Assembly (NCBI GenBank): GCA_002633005.1
Contig: NMRA01000683.1
Location: 144,057 to 208,056, forward strand
Direction: 5' to 3'
Length of the DNA: 64,000 nucleotides
Origin: Phoronis australis
Lineage: Eukaryota; Animalia; Phoronida
In this document: positions 12,469 through 26,700 of the stretch, in pieces
How positions within the stretch are numbered: position 1 is the stretch's first letter
Layout of the letters: each line of letters opens with the position of its first letter
The notes under the pieces: generated by a model
What the model was told of the DNA's origin: nothing
The model's database searches: none
The model's input: the letters and a program-made list of their open reading frames with translations, nothing else
Position numbers and translations under genes: made by a program

Positions 12469-13767
12469 CGAAGGTCGTTCAATAAGTTCTCGGCCTCACC
12501 AAGAAAACAGAGAAGCAGGTTAAGTTTTTTCACCATAGTAAAATTTCATCTTTTAAAACAGCACTGCGTTCATGTTGAATTAGTACGGTCAACCGCCGCT
12601 GGGTGTCGCTGCTTCAAAAAGCAGAAGACAACACCTTTAGCAACATGGAGATAACGGAGACGAAAGCCGTCATGACGTATTTGGGTAAAAAAGGATGAAA
12701 CCAAAAGATATTCATGAAGAGATGCGAAAAACACTCGGAGCAGACTCCCCGAACTACTCCACTGTAAAAAAGTGGTCAGCTTGTTTCAAGAGGGTTAGAA
12801 AAATCGTTGAAGATGAACCTCGTCCAGGACGTCTCAGATTATCGACCTCCAGTGAAAATGTGCAGAAAATTCATGCTGTGTTATGAAAGACAGGCGAATG
12901 ACTATTCAACATTTGGCAAACACTGTTGGCATCAGCAATGGGTCCGTCTCTAACATTTTGAGTGAAGATTTGGGCATGAGGAAGCTGAGTGCACGATGAG
13001 TGCCAAGAATGTTAACTCAAGATCAGAAAATGACCAGAATGCAAATTTCAAAGGAACTTCTAGGAACATTCCAAGCAGATCCAGCCAAATTTTCCAGAAG
13101 ACTTGTAACCCAGGATGAGACATGGGTCCACCACTTTGACCTGGAATCAAAACAACAAAGTAAACAATGGAAGCATGTGGGTTCCCCAAGCCCGAGAAAG
13201 TTCAAGTTGGAGGCCTCTGCCAGCAAAGTTATGGCATTTGAGTTCTGGGACAGCGAAGGTACAGTGTATTCAGATGATCGACTACTTGCGACGAGGACAC
13301 ACTGCTACTGGGAATTACTATGCATCACTTTTGGAAAAACTAAAAAAAGCAAACAAGGAAAAGAAACGCGGGAGGTTTCGGGATGGAGTGCTGTTGCTTC
13401 CAGAAAACGCACCTGCCCAAACTACCCAAGTTGCGGTGACTGAAGCAACTAGATGTGGCTTTGAAATCCTTCTGCACCCCGCCTATTCTCCAGACCTGGC
13501 CCCATCTGATTTGATTTGTTTCCACATTTGAAGGCCAACATGCTGCGTGGACGCCAGTATATGAGCGATGGTGACGTCATGAGTGCAGTGGAGAAGTATT
13601 CTGAGGGGCTCGACAAAAGTTTCTTTTACGAAGGCATTGCAAAACTGAAGCACAGATGGAAAAAATGCTTTGATGTAACGGGAGATTATATTGAAAAATA
13701 AAAGTCAAAATTAGTTGCTATCGCGTTGTTTTCTGGGTGAGGCCGATAACTTATTCAACGACCCTCG
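12469..13767 (+). mobile_element. Full-length mariner element with pseudogenised transposase (12645-13701)
   Basis: ~40-bp TIRs CGAAGGTCGTTCAATAAGTT.../...AACTTATTCAACGACCCTCG flanked by TA. Motifs (W)VPRML, TQDETW and YSPDLAPSD. Stops and frameshifts. Confidence 0.95.
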
Positions 13768-14099
13768 TAGATAACGACCATGTAATGAAATACAAAAATC
13801 CAGAAAACATGTAAAAAAACAGGTGTTTATATTGCTGTTCCTTCGGGTTAGATTTAGCAACACGTAACTTAGAATAGAGTTATTTGTTGTATATTGGGTG
13901 TAGTGGCTATGTGCTAAACGCATGAACGCGTTAAGAGTGAAGAACGGCTCACAGCAGGCAAAAATGCCCAGAGGGGTGATAAACCCAATGTCACCGATTT
14001 GAACCATACTATGCATTTTAGTTACCTTTGGGATGATAAACAAAACAGTAAAGTACAATCTCATTTTACCTTGTTTAAGTGGGAGAAATCAGGGAGCCT

Positions 14100-17000
14100 C
14101 TATTTTGGGGGTATGCCGTGCAATGAACTCGCCGAAAATGCCTTATTTGCACTGCTCAATAAAAAATATCGGCGCACGAGATCATAATTTGTTTGTAATT
14201 TTTAAATAAAGCAAGTCTTCGACTTTACAAAGATGTTAAACAATACTCATTTACTCTGCCGCTAAGTTAAAAATTTCAGGCATAAAGTATCGAGGGGTCA
14301 GAGGTTAACAAATCATTGCAATTTCGCCACACTTTGAGCCCGTATATCTCAGCTGGCACAACACTGATCAACACCAGACTTTAACACAAGACGTTTTTAT
14401 CTTATTGCTGTTGATTAATACAATAAATTTTTCTGGCGCGGAACATTTTTCTATACAAATTGCAAGATTGCGACAACCACCTGAGTAGAAATTACCTTCA
14501 ATACCGATACCTGTTTGGAACACCAGTAAAGTGCATAGTTTTGATTCAAAAGTTGATTTATTAATATTTAGTTATGTGTCATTAAGTCAGGCCCAATTGT
14601 TTAAGGTATTTTTCCCTTTTAATTAAAATTCCGCGTTTTTCGTGAACCAAGTGTCCAACAACAGGTGTCACTTTAGGGGTGGCAAAATGGTTCCGGTTGG
14701 CGAATCCTGACTTGCTGTGTTATCTGCTAGTATGATGGAGTGTGATGAAGTGTATGGAACCTCAAAAGAATGTCCTCGGCACGTGTGTGAAATCTTGATG
14801 CGGCATATAGTGAGTAGCAAACCACCGCACCTACAGACTGTGCGGCAACTGATTTTGGCGAGAGTCGGACAATTTATATATGCGTGTTCACCGGACCCGT
14901 GTCACACCTGTGTGACTGCGTCCAAAGCAAGGGCAAGACACCGGGCTCATCTTGGAATTCTGTGGAAACCATATAGACCCTGCAAACACCCATTTCATTA
15001 GTGGTAGCTCGAGTGCCAAGCCTGAAGTGGGGATGCTGGTTGAAATGTCTAAAGTCAACTTACTTTCACAGGAACTCAACAATGTCAATGCATTTGTGTT
15101 CTTTCCTGTTGGATCTGGTGAGTACTACTACTGCTTTGTTTGAATTTGAGGTTATCACGATAGCATTGTGGCGATAATAGTCAGTTTTGTGGATACATGA
15201 TTCGAGAACCAGTTAGCAGCGCTAGAAACAACAGGTGTTATTCTAATACAGTACCCTGCAATGCAAGTTACTGGTTCCTCCTTTCAGGAAGATCAAAAAC
15301 TGTGTGACCATGCATGTACCACAAAAATGTAACAACAATACTTGTTTTTGAACATGTAGTATAGACAGAGCTTTTTATTGTACACACTGTTGAAATCTAG
15401 TAGTCCTATGCCTGCATCACTGTTAACAACTGATTAACAGTCTTGTGTTCCTAACGGCAAATCAGTGATATACCTGCCCTGTCGCCGTTGTTGGAGTCTA
15501 GGCTAGCCTAGAGCTATTCAGTCCACTTACTAGTAGCGTCTTGTGTTAGTTGTAAGTTTAGTCTGAGATTATGTGCACCTAGTGACCTGTACCTGTTTCA
15601 AGCGGAAAATGCAATATCTCGGACTTTCACTTTTCAACAACCGATATTGTTGTGATGCGTCTTCTTTTTAGTTCATTACAGGAAGTATTTTTTCTATAGA
15701 TATATTGATGAATGCTGTAGTTATAGCATAATAAATTCCAATTTTAACTGACAACCTGCGTGCTGGAATTTCTTTTCACTTCAGCTGTCAGTGAATTATG
15801 TTATTCTGGAAATCATAGCGTGTCGTTATGTTTTATGAGTACCACTATGTTGACATTTGTTGTCTGGATATGATATTCATTTGATGTCCAAAGGAATCCA
15901 ATCAAACTGACAAAAATAAATCAAGTACCCACATTGTTTTTTCTTGTTGTACTTATGGCCGTTTTACATATTACACTCCATGGGTCAAATGAATTATCTC
16001 AGCTAAAATCATTGGATCACTCAGCGGCAGTCACACATGTGTAGTGGCTGGGCTCTGCAAAGTTCTGCAAAAAGTGTATAATTCGAGAGTGTTACAACCT
16101 GACTGTCATTTTTCAGAATGTAGAGCAACAAAGCAGACCCCGCAAAAACTGCACAGGCGATGAAGACGGATGAGCAGTTTCGGGAGGAAGGCTGGCTGAC
16201 ACTACAACAGGATAAAGGTTTCTTCTCACGCTTGGCTGCCTTGAACCGCGCTGGAAAATGGTCAAATGAGGGAGATAATGAACTTGACAGTCAGTGATGT
16301 CCAGTAATACTCCGGATTTCATCTTTGTTCGAACATTATACAATCTTTTGGGTTGTCTGAGTGATTTAACCACTTGTTATTGATGTGATATTGTAGAAAC
16401 TGAGATAAATGCAAAATGCAATATAGCAACACTTGCTGTGATTTTGTCAGTAAAATTTAGGATGTTTAGTCATTGTTCTGGTTGAAACTTTGCTGTCCAA
16501 TTTATTTAAAGATGCTGGTATTTCAGTTTTCATCTTTCAAATTCATATTACACTCAGTCTCTCCTAACTAAAAAGCAAAGCCTTATCTGAGTGTTAACTT
16601 ATGTACAAGCTTCAGGAAGGGTAAAGACTTAGGCATACCTGAATTTATACAAACTACCATGGAAAACACGAGATGTCTAAATGTGCACACTGGCATTCAG
16701 ATCAAAGAACACACTTGCATGTCTCGTTTTTCCACGCTACTTTGTACCACTTAACTGGATGACCAGTGTTAAACCAAATTACAGTCACATTAAATATAAT
16801 TTTGACTTTAATCTGTTCCAACATTGTTTTTGCAGAATGAGAGATATTTATACGGTATGTGATGATGAGTTAAGGGTGTTGCCGAGATCACCTGTATTCT
16901 GAATTGTTAACTTCGGGAGTGTCATGTTTGAGCCAATTCACTGGTATTTAGATCTTTTAACACATTTAGACATCTCGTGTTTTCCATGGTAGTTTGTATA

Positions 17001-18870
17001 AATTAACCAGGCAATGAGTGTTAAACCAGATTCTGGTCGCATTAAATGTCACTTTTTACTTTAATGTGGTCCAACATTGTATATACAGACTGGGGAGTTA
17101 CGTGTACCGTATGGGATGAGGAGGTACATGTAAGCGAGATCACCTGTATTTTAAACAACTAACATAGGAGTCTCCTATTTGAGCCAGCCCATTATAATTA
17201 AGATCAAACACCACATTTAGATATCTCTGATGTGACTTTGCCTTAGAAAGTTGGTAGTCTTGCTATTAAAGCACCTCGAAGACTAATTAGCAGTTAGAAC
17301 CCAATGTGCATGAAGTTATATTTTGAACTGAGTTTCAAAGTTTATATGTTGTATATTGTTTGTCTGCTGAGAAGTCATGGGAAAACATGAGCTACATTAC
17401 AATACTTGTCGTGTTCTCATGGACTTTATACTGAAAGCAGTCTTTATCATCCTCACTTTTTTCACATGACCTCTGCACTGGATCATGCATCCAACATGAG
17501 GCATTTATATAGTCAAGTAACAGCTGATCACCTGGAACAGGATACATGTACGTTTGCCCTCTGGAGGACTGGGGAGTAATATGAATTCACTCTTTAGACT
17601 TCTCACAACTAGTCACACACACTTATTCAAGTACGTTCCTCTGTGCCTCCCACTGCTCAAGTGAAATATCTTCTCACTGGTAGCTGGTTCCATGTTGTAA
17701 GCCCCCATTGCTACTCCAAGTCTCCTATTTTTCACTTGTGTCAATCACAGCAAAATGCGCGCAGATAACAAAATGATAACGATAGCCAGCCATGCCACTT
17801 CAAAAGTGAAGTTATTATGACATTGGCGGCTATATAACGTCCACGGAATGACTCCGACCAGTGGTTTTGCATTTGCCTCTCCTGTAATTGCCAATGAATC
17901 TTTCACCTTGACACTGTCCTCCGCTTTCAACGCCCTGCATCAAAACCACTTGAAGATTCTTAAAGAAATGTTTGCTCAGACACACTCCACAGCTAACCCA
18001 CAGTAAAAGCATCTTTGTAAACAGGACAATCTCAGATAAAGCCATAAATAAATGATCTTGTTCATACAACACTGTAAGATTTGAAACGTCGCAAGTGGGG
18101 AGAGGGCATCACGATTTTTGAAGGAAAATGTTCTGAAAATGATGTGTCGGCGTTTTTTTCTTTTTAGCCTTGCAAATAAGATTACTGAGCTTTGTAAAAC
18201 CAGTGAGATTTGAATTTCGACTCTCGCAAAAGGTGTCCTGCCAAAACTACTGCTATTTGCGTAGTAAGTATCCTAATTCCATGACTACGAGCACTTTTAG
18301 AAATAATGTAGTGTACCCTCGTTGCCTAGAAAATACGAAATTTGATGAATGATAAATTGATTCGCCGTTTGCTGGCCAACTATTAACAAATGTTCACTTT
18401 TTGTTGACGTTTGTCGGCATTACTCATTGGGGTGAAATGGCGTAACCACCAGTCATTTTTAACTTCAAATGACATGAAATCCGTTCGCGCCAGGAAATTT
18501 TTTTTGTCTCATTTTGTAGACCTAAAATAGCTCAACACACTGGTTGGCACTAAAATGTTCTGAAACCTGTGCCAGCTGAGATATCGGGATACGAATTTAG
18601 CCAATTTTGACAGTTTCAAAAGTCACTTAAAGTACTCATCTTATGCGGCTCTAAAGACAGACAAAAATATCAAAATCGTTTAAATTTTCATGAATAAAGT
18701 AGTCGAAGGTCACACCTGATCAATAACACAGGTTCAATATTTCAATGTTACTTCCACTGCGTAACGTAACTGTCGGAATTTTACTTAAACTTAACTGCCG
18801 CCAGGCTGAAAACTTGTCGGAAACAAATAGTATCCATGCAAACCAAAAGGGGGCGTTTTGAAAAAAATAA
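14100..18870. mobile_element. Possible old large DNA transposon bounded by long, diverged inverted repeats
   Basis: Patchy inverted matches between ~14130-14445 and ~18480-18865, e.g. tatctcagctggcac/gtgccagctgagata and tttctggcgcg/cgcgccaggaa. No intact ORF inside. Confidence 0.35.
16690..17230. repeat. Diverged ~250-bp tandem repeat (about 2.1 units)
   Basis: agtgttaaacca...actttaat...ccaacattg...gagatcacctgtatt recurs at about a 250-bp period. Confidence 0.75.
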
Positions 18871-19319
18871 AGGTGTTCCGGAGTCAGTGGGGCCAGTGTC
18901 ATCTCACAGACAAAATATAAAGAGAATCTGTGACATAGCGTTTATGACCCTCTGCCTGGTCAATTCGCGAACATGCTCTTAAGTCGTGGAAAGTAAATCC
19001 ACTCTTTCAATCTTGTTGAACGTTTCATTGTTCTGTGGCATTTGATATTTGAAAACACCTCGCATTTTGACTTACGCAATTTTTGTATAGCAATTTTGAT
19101 CTCTTGTATGACATTATTTTGGAAGAGGAGACGCCATTAGGTGACTCTTTAGCCAGTCACAAGCTAAGAAACTGAGAATATTCACAATGTCGTATTCATT
19201 ACCTTAACAAATGATGCGAAAATGAAACTGATACTTTGGAAACCGTCAACTTTTTGTTTATATCCATTAAGTAAACAATGCAAGCATCAGCAAATATTGT
19301 TAAAATTTTAAATTTTAAG

Positions 19320-19915
19320 TAATTCTTTGCGACATAAATTAACTTTCAACTGCGTGAAGTAATTACTGGCGGCGTCAAATGATTATTTGCGGTGTTAAAA
19401 TTTAACTGTTCACCCCAAATAAATACTTTACACTGTTAAATGTTAATTTGCGGTGCTAAAGGTTAATTTACGCCGCAAATAATAACTTTACGCCGCAAAT
19501 AATTACTTTATGCCAATAAACGATAATTTACGTGGCAAATAATTATTTAACGCCGCTAATATTTAATTTGAGCTGTTAAAAGTGAATTGGCACACAGGTA
19601 CTTTAAGCCGCAAATAAATACTTTACGCTGCAAATAATTACTTCACGCCACAAATAAGAGTTTTACACAGCTAAAATTTAGTTTATGACATAAAATAATA
19701 CTTTAAGCCGCAAATCATTACTTTACGAAGTAAATACTTTCCTTACGCCAGTAAAAATTAGTTTACACCGCAAATAATTACTCTACGCCGCAATTAATTA
19801 CTTAACGCCCAAAAATACTTTACGTGGAAAACAAATACTTCACGCCTCAAATAATTTCTTTACTTAAAAATAATAGCTTTACGCCGTTAATGATTAATTT
19901 ACGTCACTAACAAAA
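19320..19915. repeat. AT-rich minisatellite, 20-21-bp unit (TTTACGCCGCAAATAATTAC)
   Basis: About 20 degenerate forward units from ~19468, preceded by units in the opposite orientation. Confidence 0.85.
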
Positions 19916-20679
19916 TTGATTTACACAGTCACGTAATTTTCTTGCGTAACGTTCACCCAACGATACAGGACTTGTTGCGAGAGTTTGCACTGTGAATATT
20001 CGACTGTCTGCTCAACTGAATTGTGATCGAGTGTTTGAATTATCAAATCAAGCCTTATTTCATTGCTTCATTTTCCTTTTCATTTTGTCGCGTTTGCTCT
20101 TCAAGCGAGACTTTGGACTACGTTTCTAGACAACCAGCGATTTCCTGGCAAAATTAGTCAACAAAACCGATAAATACGTTTAGCAATTCTTTATTCACCC
20201 CTACCTTTGGCCCTGGTCCCATACCAGGAATACTCCGGCCTATGAAATCTTTTCATCTCTTAGAACCACTTTTGACATCTTATCAAATTACATGCCAGGA
20301 GTTTTTCAACAAGTCGTTTTTGGTGTTAAAATTACGTTACTGTATTTTACTTAAAGAAGTGACATTTGGTACCTGAATGTTTGTTCTGCAGTTATAAATG
20401 AAAATTTTAGCCTCTACTAGCAGATGTGTTTACGTGACTTGCATAGCTAAATCTGTGTGTTTGTGTTTGGATGAATTATTTCTGTTTTCAATTGTTTCTA
20501 TAATAACTCATTTTTTCAATGTTTACCTGTTGTCCAGGCTTTTTTCCTTATTCAATTTTGAGCTATGAATGTTATCTGTTAACTTACACATTCCCGTGAA
20601 ATAAAATTCAAGAAAAGAAAATTAAAAAATTCCAATTCAATACTTTCTTTTGCTGACAGCGTACATTGTACTTGCCAAT

Positions 20680-23418
20680 GGGGCTATTCGGAGAATTCTC
20701 CTCGCGGTGTCACTGCTGTACTAGTGGTGATTGAATTGCGCATGCGTGGCTGTCTGCATGTAAACAACTGGTAAAAGATGGAATTTTTATCAAAATACGT
20801 CGTCGCGCTAAGCCTTATTACTGCTAATTTCCCTGGCTCAAGTCTTCGACAGGTGGCCACAAATTCCCAAAAGACCTAAGGTTACTATATTCGTGGACAA
20901 CTGCGGTCAACAGGGTCAACTAACTGACAAAAAAGTGTGTGGATGCTGAAGCCCCGTGTGTGCTCTATGTCTATGACTATGCAGTAATTCGGGGACTACA
21001 CAACATTACTTGGTAAGTTTTTAGCAATCAGTTTCTATCAACATCGTTCGGTGATGTTATCCCCACCATTTACCCCACTGAGTAACAGTTTTATTGAGTG
21101 GAACTAAGTGTTTCTTTTTGGAAACTCACCCGATGCCGAGTACGCTAGCAGCACATATTCATATTGTCCTGGGTGGGAGTGCTCCCAAAATAAGAGGTGT
21201 ATGGTACGTGATACACAGAAGTCAAGAGTGACTTTTTCACAGCAGTTTCTCTTCAAAACTATGCTCTTTCCAATAAAATTCTCTAGATGAGTGAGTTTCC
21301 TTATTTTATCGTGGACCCCACCCCCAGGCCCACCAGCTCAGTTATCGAATTAACATGAATAAGTCTAAATTCAGTAAATGTCGTAACATTGCATTGGAAA
21401 AAATTGACACCTAGAATGAATTTTACTTGTTGAGATCAGAAGCACATTTTAAGTGTCATGAAAAATACACATTGTTTAATCACTTTTAGCCTGTTTCACA
21501 TATTTTATGCAGTTATTAAATAAGACTTGGGTACAAAGATTATTAGTTTCTACATATAAACATGAAGATGAAACGTCAAGTATGTTCTGCCTTACTAAAG
21601 TAGTTTTGTCTTGTCTTTTCTTTTACAATTTGCTAATATTTCTATTCTGTTACACGCAAGGAAAAGCAACTGAAACCAACCGCCTGACCATCTATTTCAC
21701 CGTTGGACAAAGTGAAAAGCAATCCTTTAGCAATAACCTGAGAGAATTGAACGTAATTCAGTAATTCAGCACCTGGTGTGCCTGATTATGGACTCCCTCA
21801 CAATGTTGTTTCTTTCTGTGCTTTTTCAGTTTGCCATTTGTTTTTAAATACACTGATAATTGTTTATTCTCGAATCTTATGCATAGCAGCTAGCTACAAT
21901 TGAAAACATACAATAAGACAATCGATGCAGTCACTGAATGTCATTTCCCCATAATCTGTACCAAATTGAAAAGTTTTTACCAATAGTATAAAGCCTTTCT
22001 TCTGAAAGGAAAATTTAATGTCACTCAGCTTTTGGGTTTCATTTCAGTGGGTTCTAGTTTCAATGGCCTATAGAAGCGCTTGTAAAAAAGGTCCAGTTTC
22101 AACACGTGGCTTTCTTTCATGTAACCTCATTCAGCCTCAATAACATCCACAATTAGACCCTTGAAGGTAAACACAGCAACATATCACTTGAACCGTTTTG
22201 AGCCCAAAATCAGACTCTGAACTAGACCAGAGTGTGACTAGGTCTTCTTTAGCTTCAGTCCCTCATGTTTCTTCCAGGAAAGGATATAAGCTATTGTCCA
22301 CACATGACTCATTGCCTATGAAAGGGCATCCTCACCAACAAGGCTTATTTGTGTAGCAGTCAGATGTAGTTCGTCTGGATACACAGACACTCCACTGGCA
22401 CATTGTCTTATGGTAACTTAGTACTGCGATTCACATTTCTCCAGGGCCACTGACTTGCACATTGTGCTATGCAGCACTGCTGGTGTGTGGAAGTGCTGTG
22501 GGAAGAGAACGGAGTAACAAAGCTTGACTATGATACAGCTTGAAGTGGCCTTAAAATGTCACTGAACCTGGAACAAATATTGAAATATGAATAATTAAGT
22601 ACTCCAGATTGGATCAAAAATGTTATCTCTGTTTTTCAAAAATATATGGTGATTGGTCTACAGTTTCACATAAAAGTAAATAATTACTATTTTCAGAAAC
22701 CAAGGGTGTATATAATGAATATTGCATAAAACTGTGTCTTTATTTTTTATCCCTAGCCATAACAATTCTTTGAACGCATATCTTCTCTGCACGGTACAAG
22801 CCTTCAAACCTAAAAACCAAAGGTTACGTGAAAACGAACGTGCTAGATTTTCATTTTAACGTGTAGATTTCCAGAAGACATATGATAGGGAGTAAACAAA
22901 TAGTCTAATGCAATGGATATTTATCACTCACGTACCCTTTGCCATTGGGATTGGATTGTAATCTTAACTCATTAACCTGTATCGAGTTGACAGCATAAAC
23001 ATTCAGCATTGATTGATGTAACTGTCACTGATAAACTTCTAGAAATCATTCCAAAAAAAATAATGCTTTGATGTACGAAAAGATTCCGATTGCTACGTCA
23101 AGTATCGTATCACATATCACAACATACAAAGATTAACCAGACTCTGGCTGGCGACTGACTGCCGCGAAGTCGACATCGGCGAGTGCCTCAGTTAACAGGC
23201 ATCGGTAGAATAATCATGGAATAATCGTTTAAATAATCACAAACCTTACCTTTGTATGAGGTCGTGCTTACTTCCTTTTTACGCAATCTCAGATTCAGTT
23301 GGCACGACTGCAAGCCATTTCACCATGTATTTAAAGGGCTCGCGAAATCGAGGCTGTTAAACCATCACCACTAGTACACGCACGCCCTATAGTTATTGTA
23401 GATTTTCTGAATAGCCCC
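20680..23418. mobile_element. Degenerate ISL2EU-like (PIF/Harbinger group) DNA transposon
   Basis: TIRs GGGGCTATTC.GA / TC.GAATAGCCCC with AT duplicated on both sides; subterminal IR gtactagtggtgat/atcaccactagtac. THAP relic on + (HKFPKDLRLLYSWTTAVNR, ~20860-20920). YqaJ/lambda-exonuclease-like relic on - (~22120-22460). Confidence 0.7.
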
Positions 23419-23594
23419 ATTGACCTACCGCCAAGACCTACGACTGACGTCTTAACTGACCAATCACAACGCAGCATTATTGACACACCATCGTCTGCGT
23501 TTCCAAGCCGCCATTTTGCCCGACAAGTAACACGTTGTCGTGTAAAACGAATTTTAGTCTAAGGCTCAAGAAAATAAGCGATAATAAAGGCGAA

Positions 23595-23755
23595 ACGATG
23601 TTGACTTTACGTTTGTAATTCCGAAAGCCGTCATGTTGCTCAGGAAGAATATCCCGTCATTTTTAGGCATCTCCTAAACTGAAAACTGGTGTCGAAAATA
23701 ATAAACTATGGATCAAACTGTGTGAACGGCCACACGAGACGCTGAACTTGGCAAT
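23595..23755 (+). pseudogene. Degenerate THAP-domain fragment of another DNA transposon
   Basis: Broken reading with ...CNSESRH... and ...LWIKLCERPHETLN, similar to THAP C2CH domains. Confidence 0.4.
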
Positions 23756-26700
23756 GGTGCTTGATTTCTAGAAGGTTAAACAAAAATATATTTTATATTT
23801 GGTACTCACTTTTCATTTTGGTGGCTGGAGTGTAGGCCTACCTGATTTTGACTCCTTAGTTTTACTCGTCAGGCCGCTTTTGTCTCGGCACATGATTGAT
23901 CTCAGCACTAGCCCTAGTGGTCGTCCCCGGAAATTGTTTTAAAAGAAAGATATTTTTATTATTTATATTTCATTTATTTCGACCTAATGGACATCATTTC
24001 ACGGTTTCATAACAGAGGCATATCTTTTGTTATTTGTATATCCGTAGGGTGGAATTCAGCTGCTCAGGGAGAGGCACTGGAATACTGAACTCAAAGCCTT
24101 GTTCCAGCAGTTGTCACGAAAAAATATAAACTCCTGAATTAACTTTTGATAAGAACCTCTTGTATACAATTCGCTTGTAGAGTTAGTTGTAGAGTTAGAT
24201 AGAAATCATTCTGAAGTTTTTCAAATAGAATTAGAGTTAATTTTGTGAATAGCCATTTTTGTCGTTACACCAGACCTGTCATCCTTTGTAACCATACCAC
24301 ACTTAAGTGATCATGCTACTTTTGAAATTAATTGAAAGTTACCTTTATGCAATGAAACACAAACTTCGAAGTTCATTGGAAGGTAGGCCTAACTGAATGT
24401 CTTAATGGTGCAATTACGGCCGATTACATGCATTAATTTGACTTGGACACAGCCCTACACCTACCGGAGCTAACTTCTTGACTAGGACAAGATATCTGTG
24501 TACTTGAACTATGAACCTGATATTTTTATCACAATATTTCGTTAGAAAAGCGTAAACAGTTCTATAGACTGGACCTACTTTACTCTGGAAATTCCATTAG
24601 TTGTGACCTACTCTTATTTGGCGGAATTTAGCAGACGGCAGAATAACAATATTGGTGAATCTTCACGCTCCTTTTTCAATTCAGATGACTTAGACGCTTT
24701 CTGAGCCATCTAATGGCCATTTTATTATACTAAAACGCCAGTAGAAGCACACCGTTTGCGGTGCTATCGTGGGCGCATTTCAATGCTCCACGTTGTCTTT
24801 GTTTATGTTACTATTACACCCTGTTATTTTTCACATTTAGGTACACTATTAGATTTTAGAATCAAAAAATAATATTTTTAAACCTGTCGGCCATGCAAAA
24901 TTAGGATTCTTTACGAATTAAATTACTTAATTATTTTCATCTGCTGTAATCACGCAACATCAACAACTGATGAAGGGGTTTCTAATCATGCTATTCGGTT
25001 TAAAAACGGCGGACTTGCGAAAAGTTTTAGTGAGAGTAAATTTCATAGGAATAACAACACTGGAACAAACAAATACGCAAACAAATGCCACGCACGCACT
25101 GCGCAAACTCAGCAGATCGAAGTTGGCATGCCGGAGCTGGATCTCTATGCTACTAACCTACTTGATGACTATCTCTGCCACCTGGTGATGCGAAATACCA
25201 ACAAAAAGGCTAATTGTCCCTAATTGTTCTAGCCTGTGTGTCCTCTACGATCAATGGTTTTCTTTGGGCATATTGTGCAAAGCAACTTTTGAATAGGACC
25301 GTCTTAAAACCTGATTACGCACGATATGTTCTCCCTAAATCGTGTGTAATCGTGTACCCTGGTCATTGATGGGACTTTAAAGAGATTCTGCAATTTGTGA
25401 CATTCATGTATTGTTCAGCGTGAGAAAAAATTAATGCAAACTGGTTTGTGAGCAAAATTAAACGAGCGTGAGTATCTCATTGGTATCGTAACGATGCTGC
25501 TAACTGCGTTGACCATGACGGATACTCAACTACACAGACGTCATTTGTCACTTCGCTCGCAAACCCAAGGCGTGGGAAAATCAGAATAAGCCTAACAACC
25601 ACGTAAGGGGTCGCGGCAATTAGCATATTTTATGACTAAGATATTACAACGATCACTTTTTTTTAAAGTATTTTCTTTACGCACCAATTCTTTCGGCGAG
25701 GAGTCGCATTTACTGACATTTACTCCAATGCCAAACCCTAGACTGCATGCGTTGTTGGTTAACACAAGTGATTAAATCACAAATACTTTTTCAACATTAC
25801 TTTTCTAGTTGGAATGGGGGTGGATCCCAACACGGAAATTTTAGTCGAGCGTTATCAATGCGCCAACGTATCTAATCCACTCTCATCATTAATACATAAC
25901 GACAAAATATTGTTTTGACAAAATCACCAAAAGATATTTGTAGCACGGGCCTCATACAGTAGGGCACCTGGTGCAGAGTAATATACCCAAGGCTGAAACA
26001 ACACAAATTACTTCAATTTGTTGATAAAGGAGTAATTTTGTAGGGAATTAAATCGAAAAGGCGCATTTTCGTTATAATTTTTTCGTGGCATCCGTTTGCA
26101 GGGAAATGATCGTACTAAGTCACACATAGAGCGACGCGTCCAGTGCTGCAGTGGGGCGTAGGCGCACGTAGGCGCAGACAACCACCTTGTGGCTTTGAAT
26201 ATGGCACCTACGCACCGTAAGTTATGTTGAATGCTCAAGTTTATACGCTGGGCTTTGGGAGCCTACTTATCTCTAATTTTACCACTACGGCACTGGTCCT
26301 GTACGCCTCGTTTCTAGGTGAGTACCCCTCGATGTGAAACTAGTGATTTGGTTTTAAATGAAGTGTATTGTGACTTGGAAACTGATATGCATTACCATAT
26401 CCTTCTTAAGCCGAGCTTTATTTCTGAAGTATATTTACTACAATTCGCGTACCCGTGCAAATTCACGAGTGTTTTCCGAATCTTATAGAATTTGTGTCTG
26501 TAAGTCAGTTGATTCTTGAGTGTTAACAAAAATGTTGAACATGTTAAGAACATTGGTTTTGAACTATTGACAAAGCTGAATTGATATCGAATTGAATTTT
26601 AGTCGGTTAAAGTCAATGTAAGCTCTGCTCACATTCGTTATATGCTTGCAGCCATTCAAGGCGGGATCGGGACGTTCGTAAACTCTGTCGGGTTCAACCG

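Noticed and set aside
19320-19915. Possible CRISPR-like array
   Set aside because: Contiguous degenerate units with no unique spacers, in eukaryotic DNA.
26140-26297. Small CAGTG...CACTG inverted-repeat element
   Set aside because: Imperfect TIRs and no identifiable TSD, so it was not called.
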